From the NCBI RefSeq assembly GCF_036365525.1, contig NC_090404.1, positions 3,348,001 through 3,412,000 of the forward strand: a DNA stretch of 64,000 bases, in the 5' to 3' direction. Both the position numbers and the translations under genes were made by a program. The DNA is from Heterodontus francisci (lineage: Eukaryota). The notes beneath the pieces were generated by a model. The model did not search any database. It had not been told where the DNA came from and worked only from the letters and a program-made list of their open reading frames with translations. The number at the start of each line of letters is the position of its first letter. Within the stretch, counting starts at the first letter, position 1. Shown piece by piece: positions 12,306 through 23,779 of this stretch.

Positions 12306-13239
12306 CTGTGTACTAGGTGCATTCGGCCCACTGTGCTATCTCTTTGGCAGACCAAGACATTGTGATTATGAATAAGCGAAAAGACTGCTTTCTACGCAGC
12401 CTGTCTTTCACACATGTGAACGTTCTAAGAATGAGTCAACAGACAAGATCCCGGAACAGGGGTTACAGCTGATTCACCCCTACCCTTACCCGAGACACCT
12501 CGGGCTGCCCACAAATAGAACTCAACTAAATTATCTCATTACTAAATGTGGGGTCACTCTGCAGGTGATGACGCGGTCCCAGAGCAGCCTACACAGGAGC
12601 AATCCTGCTTTGTATAGCAACATTCCACAGTTTATTCAATCCAATTACATGTGTAAAAACAAGATAGACCCGTTCTGATGTCAAGCTCTGTGATGTGTTA
12701 TTCATTGACACTGACTATTGTGCACAGCAGTGCAGTTCAGTGCCTGTTGCGATAATAATACCTCCATTGAAAAGTAAGCACAGTTAGTCAGAAAGAAAAA
12801 CATCTGCATTAACATCTGTGCGGGAAGCTGCTGAAACTGTTCTGCAGTCACCAGAATGAACCGTTAGACCAAAGCTTGCAAATGCTTTCAAATATTGGGT
12901 CTGTGATCATATCCTGTCGACAATGGAAACCCAAACTCTGCATTCTGATGGGATCCCTTTCTAATAGGACGATGTGCGAAGGCTGCTGATGAATTCTTAC
13001 GCAAAATAAACACAGTTATTAAAAAAAATGCAACATTTATCCACTTGGAATTGCTATGCGATTGTTTTGTTAACAGATGATGGACAGTAAAATTAATGGT
13101 ATTTGTATATCACTGTATGAGAGAGAAAACATGAATTAGTGTCCGCAGGAAAACGCCAACTTGCGTTCATTGCAATGTTTATTTGTATTATTGTACACTG
13201 TGATTGCTTGGTTACTTGCTGATTGCAACTAATTGAAAG

Positions 13240-13640
13240 ACAGAAAGACTACCATTTATATAGGGGTTTCCACGACTTCAGGATGTGCGAAAGATCTTTA
13301 CAGACAAAGGAGTCTTTTTGAGGAGTCGTCATTGTTGTAATAACGGAAACTCGGCATTTAATCTACACACAGCAAGATCATTAAGACTTCAAGGTGCAAA
13401 TGACCAAATGACCTGTGATGTTGATTGGCTTCAGGACATCGGGACTAACGACCCTGTTTTTCTTTGTCAGTCCAATGCAATTTTTTGCATATTCCTGGGA
13501 AGTTTAGTTTCCCCTCCGGATGACCGCACCTCCGAAAGCGCAGAACTCCTTCATTACTGACATTGGGAGTCTGTTGAGGGCAACGCAAACCTACAGTGTT
13601 CTGCTTCAGAGGCGAGAGTGCTACCAACTGATCCACGGAA
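13240..13640 (-). mobile_element. DeuSINE degenerate copy
   Basis: Reverse complement matches the DeuSINE head, body and tail. It sits where the inverted counterpart of 2141-3280 would be. Confidence 0.65.
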
Positions 13641-14149
13641 AAGTGACGCATGGCAAAGACACATTTCTGAGACGAGAGATTGCTGAAAATTGCCAAAAGC
13701 AACACGAATACACGTGGCGTTTCATTGCACATGGCGACACATGATCTACTTCATGTTCAGGTAAATATGCTGTGGTCTATAAGTTGGACGGGAGAAATTC
13801 CGCAATCATATTAAGATCATGCATTCTATCCTATTGTTGCTATTCACACGATACACTACTTTTAATTAGGATAATGCCAGAATTATGAAGATGTAAACAT
13901 CAGGAAACACTGATCAAGTTGGGGCTATTTTCTCTAGAAAAGAGAAGACTGAGGAGTGACCACATAGATGTCATTGAGATTTTTCGAAGTGTTCAATAAA
14001 GTAGAGGTAGAGAAGGTGCTTCCAAACGAGGGATCAGAATTATCAGAGTGTCACTAAATCGATGTAACTAATTGAGGGTATGTTGTGGTGACCCGGTAAA
14101 GTTTACATCTTCAACTGCATCAGCCTACGCTGCCCTAACATGAAAGAAT

Positions 14150-14470
14150 GAAATACAGTCAATTTATAAACCACCTTTCACAACGTCAGGACAGCCTAAA
14201 ATGCTTGATAGCCAATCACGCAATTCGTCACTGCTGGTGCGTGGGTCATGCGATAACCAACAGGTGCTCAGCAAGCCGGCATGTGTTAATAACCAGATAA
14301 TTGACTTTTTTGCGATGTTGGTAATGGATAAATATTGGCCAAGTTGGCGGAAAAAATCCGCTGTTTTTCTTCCACCCGGGAAGGCAGAACAGGCCGTTGT
14401 TTAACATCTCAGCTGAAACACGACTTCTCCCACATTGCACCTCTTCCCCTTGCAGTACTGCACTGGAACT
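14150..14470 (-). mobile_element. DeuSINE degenerate copy
   Basis: GGATAAATATTGGCCAAG and related Deu-domain motifs on the minus strand. Confidence 0.6.
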
Positions 14471-14689
14471 CCCCTTCCTTTATTCTTTCATGGGATGGGC
14501 GCGTCGCTGGCTAGGCCAGCATTTGATGCCCATCCCTAATTGCCCTTGAACTGAATGGCTTCCTGGGCCAGTTCAGCGGGCAGCTAAGTGTCAACCGTAC
14601 TGCTGTGGGTCTGGAGTCGCATGTAGGTCAGACCAGGTAAGGACGGCAGATTTCCTTCCCTAAAGGACATTAGTGAACCCAAGTCCTGA

Positions 14690-15290
14690 TCTAATATAGT
14701 TGAACTTAATGTTGAGTTCCCAAAGCTGTCAAGTGCCTAATCGATAGATGAGGTGCTGTCCTTCGAGCTTAATCTGAGCTCCAGTGCAAGTAAGAGGACA
14801 AGTACCAGGAGCTCAGTGTGGGAGTGGGACGGAGAATTAAAATAACCCGAGTTTGGAGTCACGCTTGCCATTCTGGCGTTGACACCGGAAATGTATGACA
14901 CTGACCGGCCGATCCTGACATTGACCCTGGGAGTGTCTCTCCCTGACTCCTGGAATGTCTGACACTGACCCCGAAAGTGTTTGGCACTGACCCCTGGAGT
15001 ATTCAGCCATTCTGCCTTTGCTCAGTATTTCCGAATATTTGTATCCTTGTGTAAATTGAAAGAAGAACAAGTAAATCACTGTTTTACCTGGATAGAGCTT
15101 TGGATGGTGCGGAGGGAGGAGGTAAAACGGCAGGTGCGGCATCTCCTGTGCTTGACTGGGAAGTAACGAAGAGGGTGTGGGGAATGATTGTGGAGTGGAA
15201 CAGCGTGTCACAGCGGGAACGGTCCCTTCAGCATGTTGGAAGGGAGAGGGAGAGAAACATATGTTGTGGTGGCATGCTGTTCTGGGGGGA
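14690..15290 (-). mobile_element. Penelope-like element fragment (GIY-YIG region), interrupted by a short GACACTGACC repeat at about 14880-15005
   Basis: Minus-strand translation gives RRCRTCRF...FTCSSFNL and KLEGQHLIYRLGT*QLWELNIKFN, typical of the Penelope/Neptune C-terminus. Confidence 0.7.
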
Positions 15291-15713
15291 GGGGGAGGGG
15301 GGTGGTGGTGGCGGGGTTGAGGGGAATGGTGCAGCAATGTGAGAAAGGGAACAATAACCAGGCAACACAGATTTCATGAAATTGGCAAATGAATCAGACG
15401 TGACCTGAGGTTAAGAAAATCACACAGCGAGGTTTTATAATATGGAATACGCTGCCTGAAAGGCTGCCAGAGCGAGATTCAAGCATCATTTCTAAAGGGA
15501 GTTGGATAGATTCTTGAAAAGTAACGATATGTAGGCTATGAGGAATGTGTAGGGTAGTGAGAATAATTCAGTAGCTCTTTGAATGAGCCAGTGATAGGAT
15601 GATCGGCAGAATGGTCTCATTCTGTGCAGTATAATTCTATGATTGCACCAACTGCTATTAACAATGGTTCCGTTGGTGTTTGATGATGGCGGCAATTTCT
15701 ACATTTTCTGTTC

Positions 15714-16029
15714 TGCTTTTGTACCAGTCTATGTCTCGTCCTCTCAATGTGCTCTGTGCACAATGTCTTCCATTGTTAGTGTCCTGATAGTCAAAGCGAA
15801 GATATTGTTTGAAACGTCCTTGGAAGCAGTAACTCGATCTTTCACTTTTTGATTGTGCTGCTTGCCGTTTTCACTGTAATACGAAACGAGCCAATCTAAG
15901 TCCCTTCCCGGGACCTTGTCGGTACCAGTATATCTGCTGGCTCTCAAGGTTGAATCCCCTGGTTTTACAAGTCAGTCTCAGGGACTGTCCTGATCTCCGC
16001 GTCTCTGCTCCTGGTTGAGTCAACACCAT
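15714..16029 (-). pseudogene. V1: IgM-VH-like V pseudogene (leader and intron deleted, +1 frameshift in FR2, 13 bp deletion at SATYY, degenerate RSS 15714-15751)
   Basis: [21 protein letters not shown]...WYRQGPGKG / DWLVSYY...ASKDVSNNIFAL. RSS is CACATTG-22-ACAAAAGCA. Confidence 0.9.
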
Positions 16030-16970
16030 TGTTGGATCCCGATCCTCAATCACGGGGGTTTAGTGAAACCGGAAGAGGTGGAGGGGGTGTGGAGCGGGGG
16101 TGGGGGTGGGGGGGGGCGTGGGTGGGCGGGGGTGGTGGTCTGAAGACAGAAAATATTGGCTGCTGCGACCACATCAATTCAAACCGCGATTACAATGGCT
16201 CATTACTAAAGATGGTGAATTGAACAGTATTCCTCGTGATTTAGTTAATAACACTGTCTTTCCCGAAAATGTTATTTAGCATTCAATATTGGCGTTGTTT
16301 CTGGGAAATTGTTATTAAGATAAAATCATAAGATCATGCTGCACATTCGGACCAAACTGCTGTGCCGACCCTTTAAAAGAGCTATCCGATTAGTTGAACT
16401 GCCCTGCTCTTCCACAGAGCCCTTCCTTTTTCCGCTTTTCAACTGTGTATCAAATCCCTTTAGAAAGTTACTATTGAATCTGCTTCCAGCACCCACTTAG
16501 GCTGTGTCGTCCAGAACACTTCCGTGTAACAAAGAAAGTCTCCAGTTCGTTGGAGAGACTGGAGAAACTGGGGCTGCACTCCTGAGAGCAGAACAGATGA
16601 AGAGGATATTTGATAGACATTTCTGGGGCCGTACGAAGGAGGTGCTGGACTGGAGGAGATGCCTTTTTATGAATAAGCCGTTAACCCGAGGTCACTTCTG
16701 CCCTCTCAGATAGACGGTAAAGATCCCACATTATCTTTTTCGAGGAAGAGCAAACTTCCAATGTCTTCTCCAATATTTATCCCGATGCTCAACATCGGGA
16801 AAAGAGACACCTCGGTCATTCCTTTATTGCTCTTTGTGGGATAATGCTGTGATCAAATTGGCTTTCCGTTTCCTGCATTACACCAGCGACTACACTACCA
16901 AAGTGCAAAAGAATAATCTCGAGCGCCGCAGCTCCTGTTGAAGTGGCCAGATCTGACCCTCTCCAAGGGT

Positions 16971-17009
16971 CACAGTCTCGAGCCAGGGGTCCCAGGCTGC
17001 ACAAACCTG
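16971..17009 (+). other. Orphan 23-RSS-like element
   Basis: CACAGTC + exactly 23 bp + ACAAACCTG, with no intact V upstream. Confidence 0.45.
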
Positions 17010-17166
17010 GGCTCCTTAGCACGAAGCAGAGCCTGGAAATGCCGCCTGTACACCTGACAATGAATCTATGTGTCAAGGCTGCTGGATCGTGCTGCAAGCG
17101 TTTTGGCTTCATCCACTGCACGGGGAACCGGCGGCGGTGACGATGTTTGTGTTATGCAATTTCCGC

Positions 17167-17219
17167 CGTGTTTGTTCTGCGGTGTCAGTATTGTGATACA
17201 GAGAGTAATCTCCACGGCG
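17167..17219 (+). other. Degenerate D-like segment (17196-17212) with a 5' 12/13-RSS and a 3' heptamer
   Basis: CGTGTTTGT-13-TATTGTG-ATACAGAGAGTAATCTC-CACGGCG. No recognisable 3' nonamer. Confidence 0.3.
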
Positions 17220-17479
17220 TCGCTCTTGCTTCTCTCTGTAACCCCCTTTCAATCGAGAACCCTCCAATAATGGTCTCCGTTCAACGGTAGCCTCTTGCGC
17301 ATTTCGTACTTCCGTCACCCCACCATTACCGATTTGTCTTCAGGCGTCCAGGCCTTCTCTTTCCCTAAGTTGCTCCACCTCTCTACTTCTCTCTCCTCCT
17401 TTAAGAAGCAGCTTCAAACCTACCTGTTGGACCAAGCGTATGGCCAACTGCTGTAATCTCTGTGCCTCGGTGCAAATAC

Positions 17480-18775
17480 GGGCAGAGTCAACATGGTTTT
17501 GTGAAAGGGAAACCATGTTTAACCAATTTGCTGGAGTTCTTTGAAGAAGTTACATGTGCTGTGGATAAAGCAGAACCAGTGGATGTACTGTACTTAGATT
17601 TCCAGAAGGCTTTTGATAAGGTGCCACATAAAAGGCTATTGCAGAAAATAAAAGCTCATGATGTAGGGGTAACCTATTGGCATGGATAGAAGATTGGTTA
17701 GCTAACAGGAAACAGACAATAGGCATACATGGGTCATTATCTGTTTGGCAAGATGTAATGAGTGGTGTACCACAGGGATCAGTGCTGGGGACTCAACTTT
17801 TTACAATTTATATAAATGACTTAGATGAAGGAATCGAAGGTATAGTTGCAAAATTTGCTGATGACACAAAGATAGGTAGGAAAGTAAGTTGTGAAGAGGA
17901 CATAAGGAGACTACAAAGGGATATAGATAGGTTAAGTTAGTGGGCAAAGACCTGGCAAATGGAGTATAATGTGGGAAAGTGGGAAATTATCCACTTTGGT
18001 AGGAAAAATAAAAAAGAAGCATATTATGTAAATGCTGAGAGATTGCAGAGCTCTGAGATGCAGAGGGATCTGGGTGTCCTAGTGCATGAATCGCAAAAGG
18101 TTAGTATGCAGATACAGCAAGTAATTACAAAAACTAATAGAATGTTATTGTTTATCGCGAGGTGAATTGAATACAAAAGAAGGGAGGTTATGCTCCAGCT
18201 ATACAGGGTATTGGTGAGACCACATCCGGAGTCCCGTGAACAGTATTCGTATCCTTATTTAAGGAAGAATGTAAATACATTGGAGGCAGAGAAGGTTTAC
18301 TAGACTAATACCTGAAATGGGTGGGCTGTCTTACGAAGAAAGATTGGATTGGCTAGGCTTATATCCGCTGGAATTTAGAAGAATAATAGCTGACTTGTTT
18401 GAAACATATAAAATGTTGAGGGGCTTGACAGGGTGGATGTGGAAAGGATGTTTCCCCTTGTGGGAGAACCTCAAACTAGGGGTCGCTGTTTAAAAATAAG
18501 GAGTCGCCCATTTAAGACAGAGATGAGGAGAATTGTTTTCGCTCAGACAGTTGTGCGTCTTTGATATTCTCTTCCTCAAAAGGCAATGGAAGCAGAGTAT
18601 TTGAATATTTTTAAGGTAGAGGTAGATAAATTCTTGAATAGAAAGGTGGTGGAAGGTTATAGCGGGTAGGTGGAAATGTGGAGTAATCAGTTCAGCCATG
18701 AACTTATTGAATGGTGGAACAGACTCGCGGGATAGAGTGGCCTACTCCTGCTCCTAATTCGTATATTCGCATGTT
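17480..18775 (+). mobile_element. CR1 LINE 3' fragment (RT), with stops and frameshifts
   Basis: QHGFVKGKPCLTNLLEFF, YLDFQKAFDKVPH, GVPQGSVLG, KFADDTK. Confidence 0.9.
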
Positions 18776-19342
18776 GTTTTTTTTATAATGTTAACTGGTA
18801 CGTGTTCCTACATTGTCAGATTTTTGGCATAACCACTACCATGTGTTCTACATAAAGCAACATCCAAAAAACTAGGCTATGAATCTGCGTTTTCTTGGTA
18901 GTATTCATCATGGAAAACAGAATACGAAGGGAGATGAAGCTATTTGTTTATGCAGCAAGTTGTTATGATCTGGAGTACACTGCCTCAAATGGTGATGGAT
19001 GCAGATTAAGAATAGATTTGGAAGGGTAGTTGGATATATACTTGAAAAGCAAACGTTTGCAGGGCAATGAGGAAAGGGCAGAACTGTGATACGACTTGAA
19101 TAGCTCTCTGCGGAGCCGGAAGAAGTACGGTGGCCTCCTTCTGCACCATAAATTTCTATCAATCAATGAAGTCCGTTCAGCTCAGTGCATCTAAAAACAT
19201 AGTATCAGAAGCAGGCCATCCTACCCATTGTATCTAGAAACATAGACACAAATGTCGACCATGCATCAATGAACATCAAAAAGAGGACCTTCAATGGCCA
19301 TAACCATAACCAAATTCCGGACCGAATTTAGTGACAAATCTC

Positions 19343-20570
19343 AAAGAACAAAGAACAAAGAAAATTACAGCACAGGAACAGGCCCTTCGGCCCTCCAAGC
19401 CTACGCCGATCCAAATCCTCTATCTAAACCTGTCGCCTATTTTCTAAGGGTCTGTATCTCTTTACTTCCTGCCCATTCATGTATCTGTCTAGATACATCT
19501 TAAAAGATGCTATCGTGCCCGCGTCTACCACCTCCGCTGGCAATGCGTTCCAGGCACCCACCACCCTCTGCGTAAAGAACTTTACATGCATATTCCCCCT
19601 AAACTTTTCCCCTTTCACTTTGAACTCGTGTCCCCTTGTAATTGAATCCCCCACTCTGGGAAAAAGCTTCTTGCTATCCGCCCTGTCTATACCTCTCATG
19701 ATTTTGTACACCTCAATCAGGTCCCCCCCTCAACCTCCGTCTTTCTCATGAAAATAATCCTAATCTACTCAACCTCTCTTCATAGCTAGCGCCCTCCATA
19801 CCAGGCAACATCCTGGTGAACCTCCTCTGCACCCTCTCCAGAGCATCCACATCCTTTTGGTAATGTGGCGACCAGAACTGCACGCAGTATTCCAAATGTG
19901 GCCGAACCAAAGTCCTATACAACTGTAACATGACCTGCCAACTCTTGTACTCAATACCCCGTCCGATGAAGGAAAGCATGCCGTATGCCTTCTTGACCAC
20001 TCTATTGACCTGCGTTGCCACCTTCAGGGAACAATGGACCTGAACACCCAAATCTCTCTGTACATCAATTTTCCCCAGGACTTTTCCATTTACTGTATAG
20101 TTCACTCTTGAATTGGATCTTCCAAAATGCATCACCTCGCATTTGTCCTGATTGAACTCCATCTGCCATTTCTCTGCCCAACTCTCCAATCTATCTATAT
20201 TCTGCTGTATTCTCTGACAGTCCCCTTGACTATCTGCAACTCCACCAATCTTAGTGTCGTCTGCAAACTTGCTAATCAGACCACTTATACTTTCCTCCAA
20301 ATCATTTATGTATATCACAAATAACAGTGGTCCCAGCACGGATCCCTGTGGAACACCACTGGTCACACGTCTCCATTTTGAGAAACTCCCTTCCACTGCT
20401 ACTCTCTGTCTCCTGTTGCCCAGCCAGTTCTTTATCCATCTAGCTAGTACACCTTGGACCCCATGCGCCTTCACTTTCTCCATCAGCCTACCATGGGGGA
20501 ACCTTATCAAACGCCTTACTGAAGTCCATGTATGCGACATCTACAGCCCTTCCCTCATCAATCAACTTGG
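19343..20570 (-). mobile_element. CR1 (HER1-like) LINE 3' fragment
   Basis: ORF 19746-20540(-) GVPQGSVLGPLLF, KFADDTK, RPHLEYCVQFWSP, and a (TTCTTTG)n tail. Confidence 0.9.
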
Positions 20571-20796
20571 CTAAGGGAATTGGCTAAATAGTCAAAAGGA
20601 AAAGAAATGCAGGGTTGTGGGGAACGACCTCGGGCAGTGGGACGAATTGAATTGTTCTTTGACGGAGCCGGTACAGGTATGATGGGCTGAATGGCCTCGA
20701 TCTTCACCGCATAATTCTATGATTCTATTACCTGCTGTTAACGGTGGATTTATTTGTGTTTTATGAAGGTGGAAACTGCTGCATTTCCTTTTGTTC

Positions 20797-20835
20797 GGTT
20801 TTTGTACAGATCTGGCTCTGATCCATCTCACTGTG
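20797..20835 (-). other. V2 23-RSS
   Basis: CACAGTG-AGATGGATCAGAGCCAGATCTGT(23)-ACAAAAACC, perfect consensus heptamer and nonamer. Confidence 0.95.
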
Positions 20836-21303
20836 CCCACATGCGCAATAATAAGTAGCCGAATCTTCCATTTCCAACGTCATAATTTTTAAAGCGAAGA
20901 TATTGTTTGAAAGGTCTTTGGATGCAACAACTCGATCTCTAACCTCTTGATTGTACTGTTTGCTGTTTTCAGTATAGTACGAAACGAGCCAATCCAGGCC
21001 CTTCCCGGGACCTTGCCGGTACCAAAGCATCCAGTAGCTGCTGAGATCGAACCCGCTAGTTTTACAGGTCAGTTTCAGGGATTGCCCCTGACGCCACGTC
21101 TGTGCTTCTGGCTGAGTCAACACCACAGCCGACTGGACTCCTATAAAATTGAAAGAAAAACATTCATTCTGTTGAAGTGACTCTTGGTTGTGGAACACCC
21201 TCCGGGAGGGATTAACACCGAAACAGAAACAAGCTGGGGACAATTAGAGCTACGCACTGGATAGGAAAAGAAGCAATAAACCGAGCGATATTGGTGACAT
21301 CAT
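20836..21303 (-). CDS. V2: IgM-VH-like germline V segment, apparently functional (leader 21258-21303, V exon 20836-21140)
   Basis: [29 protein letters not shown]...C...WYRQ...[10 protein letters not shown]. 117 bp GT-AG intron, open frame, RSS present. Confidence 0.92.
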
Positions 21304-21384
21304 GCCTCTTGGCGCTTGGTTAAATTAGCCCCCTGTTCTTCCAGTCACTCACTGAGCGAAGCAGTTGTGCGATTGTTGGATTCC

Positions 21385-21480
21385 GATCCTCAGTCACGGG
21401 GGTTTATGCAACTGACAGAGAGGGCGGGTTCGAAGCCACAAACTATTGGTTGCATTCAATCTACGTCGACTGCAAACACT
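21385..21480 (-). promoter_or_regulatory. Conserved V promoter (CRE-like GACGT, CCAAT, GC box CCCGCCC, CATAAA TATA-like)
   Basis: The same ordered motifs occur upstream of V3 (~27825-27920), V5 (~39140-39225), V6 (~41425-41525), V7 (~43330-43430), V9 (~46755-46855) and V11 (61300-61385, plus strand). Confidence 0.7.
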
Positions 21481-22659
21481 TAACAGGATCCACATAAACA
21501 CGAACTGGGTGTTTAGAATGTCTCATTGTTAAATGTCGAATTGAGCAAAACTCCTTTTGATTTAATAAACAGCGTTGTGTTGAGCACAAATGATATTTAG
21601 TATTTTAGGTTAATGTTGTTTCTCGGAATGATTTAGCAAGATAAAATTATAGAATCACACAACACATTGGGACCAACTTGCTGTGCCGACTCTTTGAAAG
21701 ATCTATCCCTTTAGTCCCGCTCCCCTGCTCTTTCCACAGTGCCTTAGATTTTCCCGTTTGAACTGTCTATCCGATCACTTTTGAAATTATTATTGAATCT
21801 GCAGCCAACACCCATTCAGGCAGCGCATTCCATATCACAGCTGTGTAAAAGTATATTCCTTCAGTTATGTGGAGAGACTGGAGAAGCTGAGGTGGTTTTC
21901 CTTGCGGCAGAAAAGGTTAACAAGAAATCTGATAGAAATTCTTACCATCATGGATGGTTTTGACGGAGAAAATAAGGAGAGGCATTTGCATTGGCAGAAG
22001 GGCTGGTATCTGTATGTCCCAGATTTAATGCAATTTGCAAAAGAATTAGAAGTTTCACGAGGAAACTGTTTTGTTGTGATTTGGAATACATTGCCTGGAA
22101 GCAGATTCAATAGTAACTTTCAAAGGGGAGTGGTTATATACTTTAAATGTAAACATTTACAGGGCCAGGTGGCAAAAGTAGGTGGGGAGATTAGTTGAAT
22201 CGCTCTTTTCGGAGCCGGCAAAGGTATGGTAACCCAAAGGGCCTCTTTCTGTGCTGTGTCATTTCATGTTTCGCTGAAGAATATTCGAGGCATCTTGGAA
22301 CATAGGAAGAGAAGTCGACCATTCTGTACATTTAACCTATTAACATGGCTAAAGGCCTCGAGAATTCACCGCAATGTTTTATGAAAAAAGAGGAATCGGC
22401 CATTCATGCCAGTGTATCTAAAACATAGGAAACAAAAACTGATTAAGGACCGAAACGGTAACTTTCTAGTGGGGACTGGGAGCATGGCTGAGATACAAGA
22501 TGCACTGCAGCAGCTTGCCAAGGAATCATCGAAAGCATCTGCCAAATCCGCTGAATCCATCAACTAGAACGACAAGAATCGCAGGTGTTTAGGAACACCG
22601 CTATGATCAAATTCCTCCTTAAGGTACACACTATGCTGAATGATACAACCTTACTCAAA

Positions 22660-23770
22660 AAAGGGAAAAGCGATAAAGCCGGAAAATATAGCCAAGTCAG
22701 CCTAACGTTGGCTGTGGGGAACCTTTGAGAGTTATTAATGCGGGACAGAATTAATCGACACTTGGAGAAATATGGAATAATGTATGAAAGTCATCATGGA
22801 TTTGTTACCGACAAAAGGTGTTTGACTAAGTTGATTGAACTCTTTGATGAAGTAACTGAGATGCTGAACGAGGTTAGTGCAGGCATGCTGTGCAAATGGA
22901 TTTTCAAGTGGCGGTTGAGAAATTACCACATAATAGACTTGTGAGCCAAACTGAAGCCTATGGGATTCATGGGGAAGTGGCTGCAACGATACGAAATCAG
23001 TGAAGGGGCCTAATGCAGAGCAGTGGTGACCGGTTGTTTTTAGCCAGGACGGTCGCTGTTGGGACCATATATAATATATGTCTGTGTGTATATATATATA
23101 TATATATTTGACCTGAACTTGGGTATACAGGCAACATTTCCTGAATTGTCTGAATTACCTACTCCTGCTCCAAGTTCTTATGTTCTTATTTCAAAGTTTG
23201 CAGATGGTACAAAATGAGGAACTGTGGTCAACAGTGAGATCGTTCGTAACAGACTTCAGGGTGACTTGGACCGACACTTGGCAGATCAAATGCAATGCAA
23301 CGAAATGTGAAGTGATTAATTTTGGTAGGAACAGTTAATAGAGATAATGTAAGCTAAGTGGGATAATTCTGACAGGGGTTAAGTAACAAAGTGTACGTAC
23401 ATAAGTCTTTGAATGTCGCAGTAAACGTTGAGACGCTTGTTAAGAAGCAAAATTGTATCCATGGCTTTATCAATAAAGACAAAGAGTACAGAAACAGGGA
23501 AGTTCTGGCAGCCTTTCAGAAACCTCTGCCAATGCCCTAACTAGAGTACTCTGTTCAGTTCTGGGCACAACCATTCAGGGAGGATGTCAAGGTCTTGTAT
23601 AGGGTGAAGAAGATGGTAGCTGGAATGAAAGACTTCAGTTACGTGGAGACTTGAGAAACTGGAGCTGTTCTACTCAGAGCATTGAAGGTTAAGGGAAGAT
23701 TCAATTGAGGCTTTCGAAATCCTGGAGGCGTTTATACAGTAAATAAGAAGAAACAGAGTCTGGTCACAGC
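22660..23770 (+). mobile_element. Old degenerate CR1 fragment forming the 3' flank of the duplicated V cassette (continues at 26890-27180)
   Basis: HHGFVTDKRCLTKLIELFDEV. Homologous pieces flank V5, V7, V8, V9 and V11. Confidence 0.7.
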
Positions 23771-23779
23771 AAGGTGTTT

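Noticed and set aside
12626-12661. CACAGTT...GTAAAAACA as an RSS
   Set aside because: The spacer is 20 bp and there is no adjacent coding segment.
13178-13202. TTTATTTGT...CACTGTG as a J or D RSS
   Set aside because: The spacer is 9 bp and no J motif follows.
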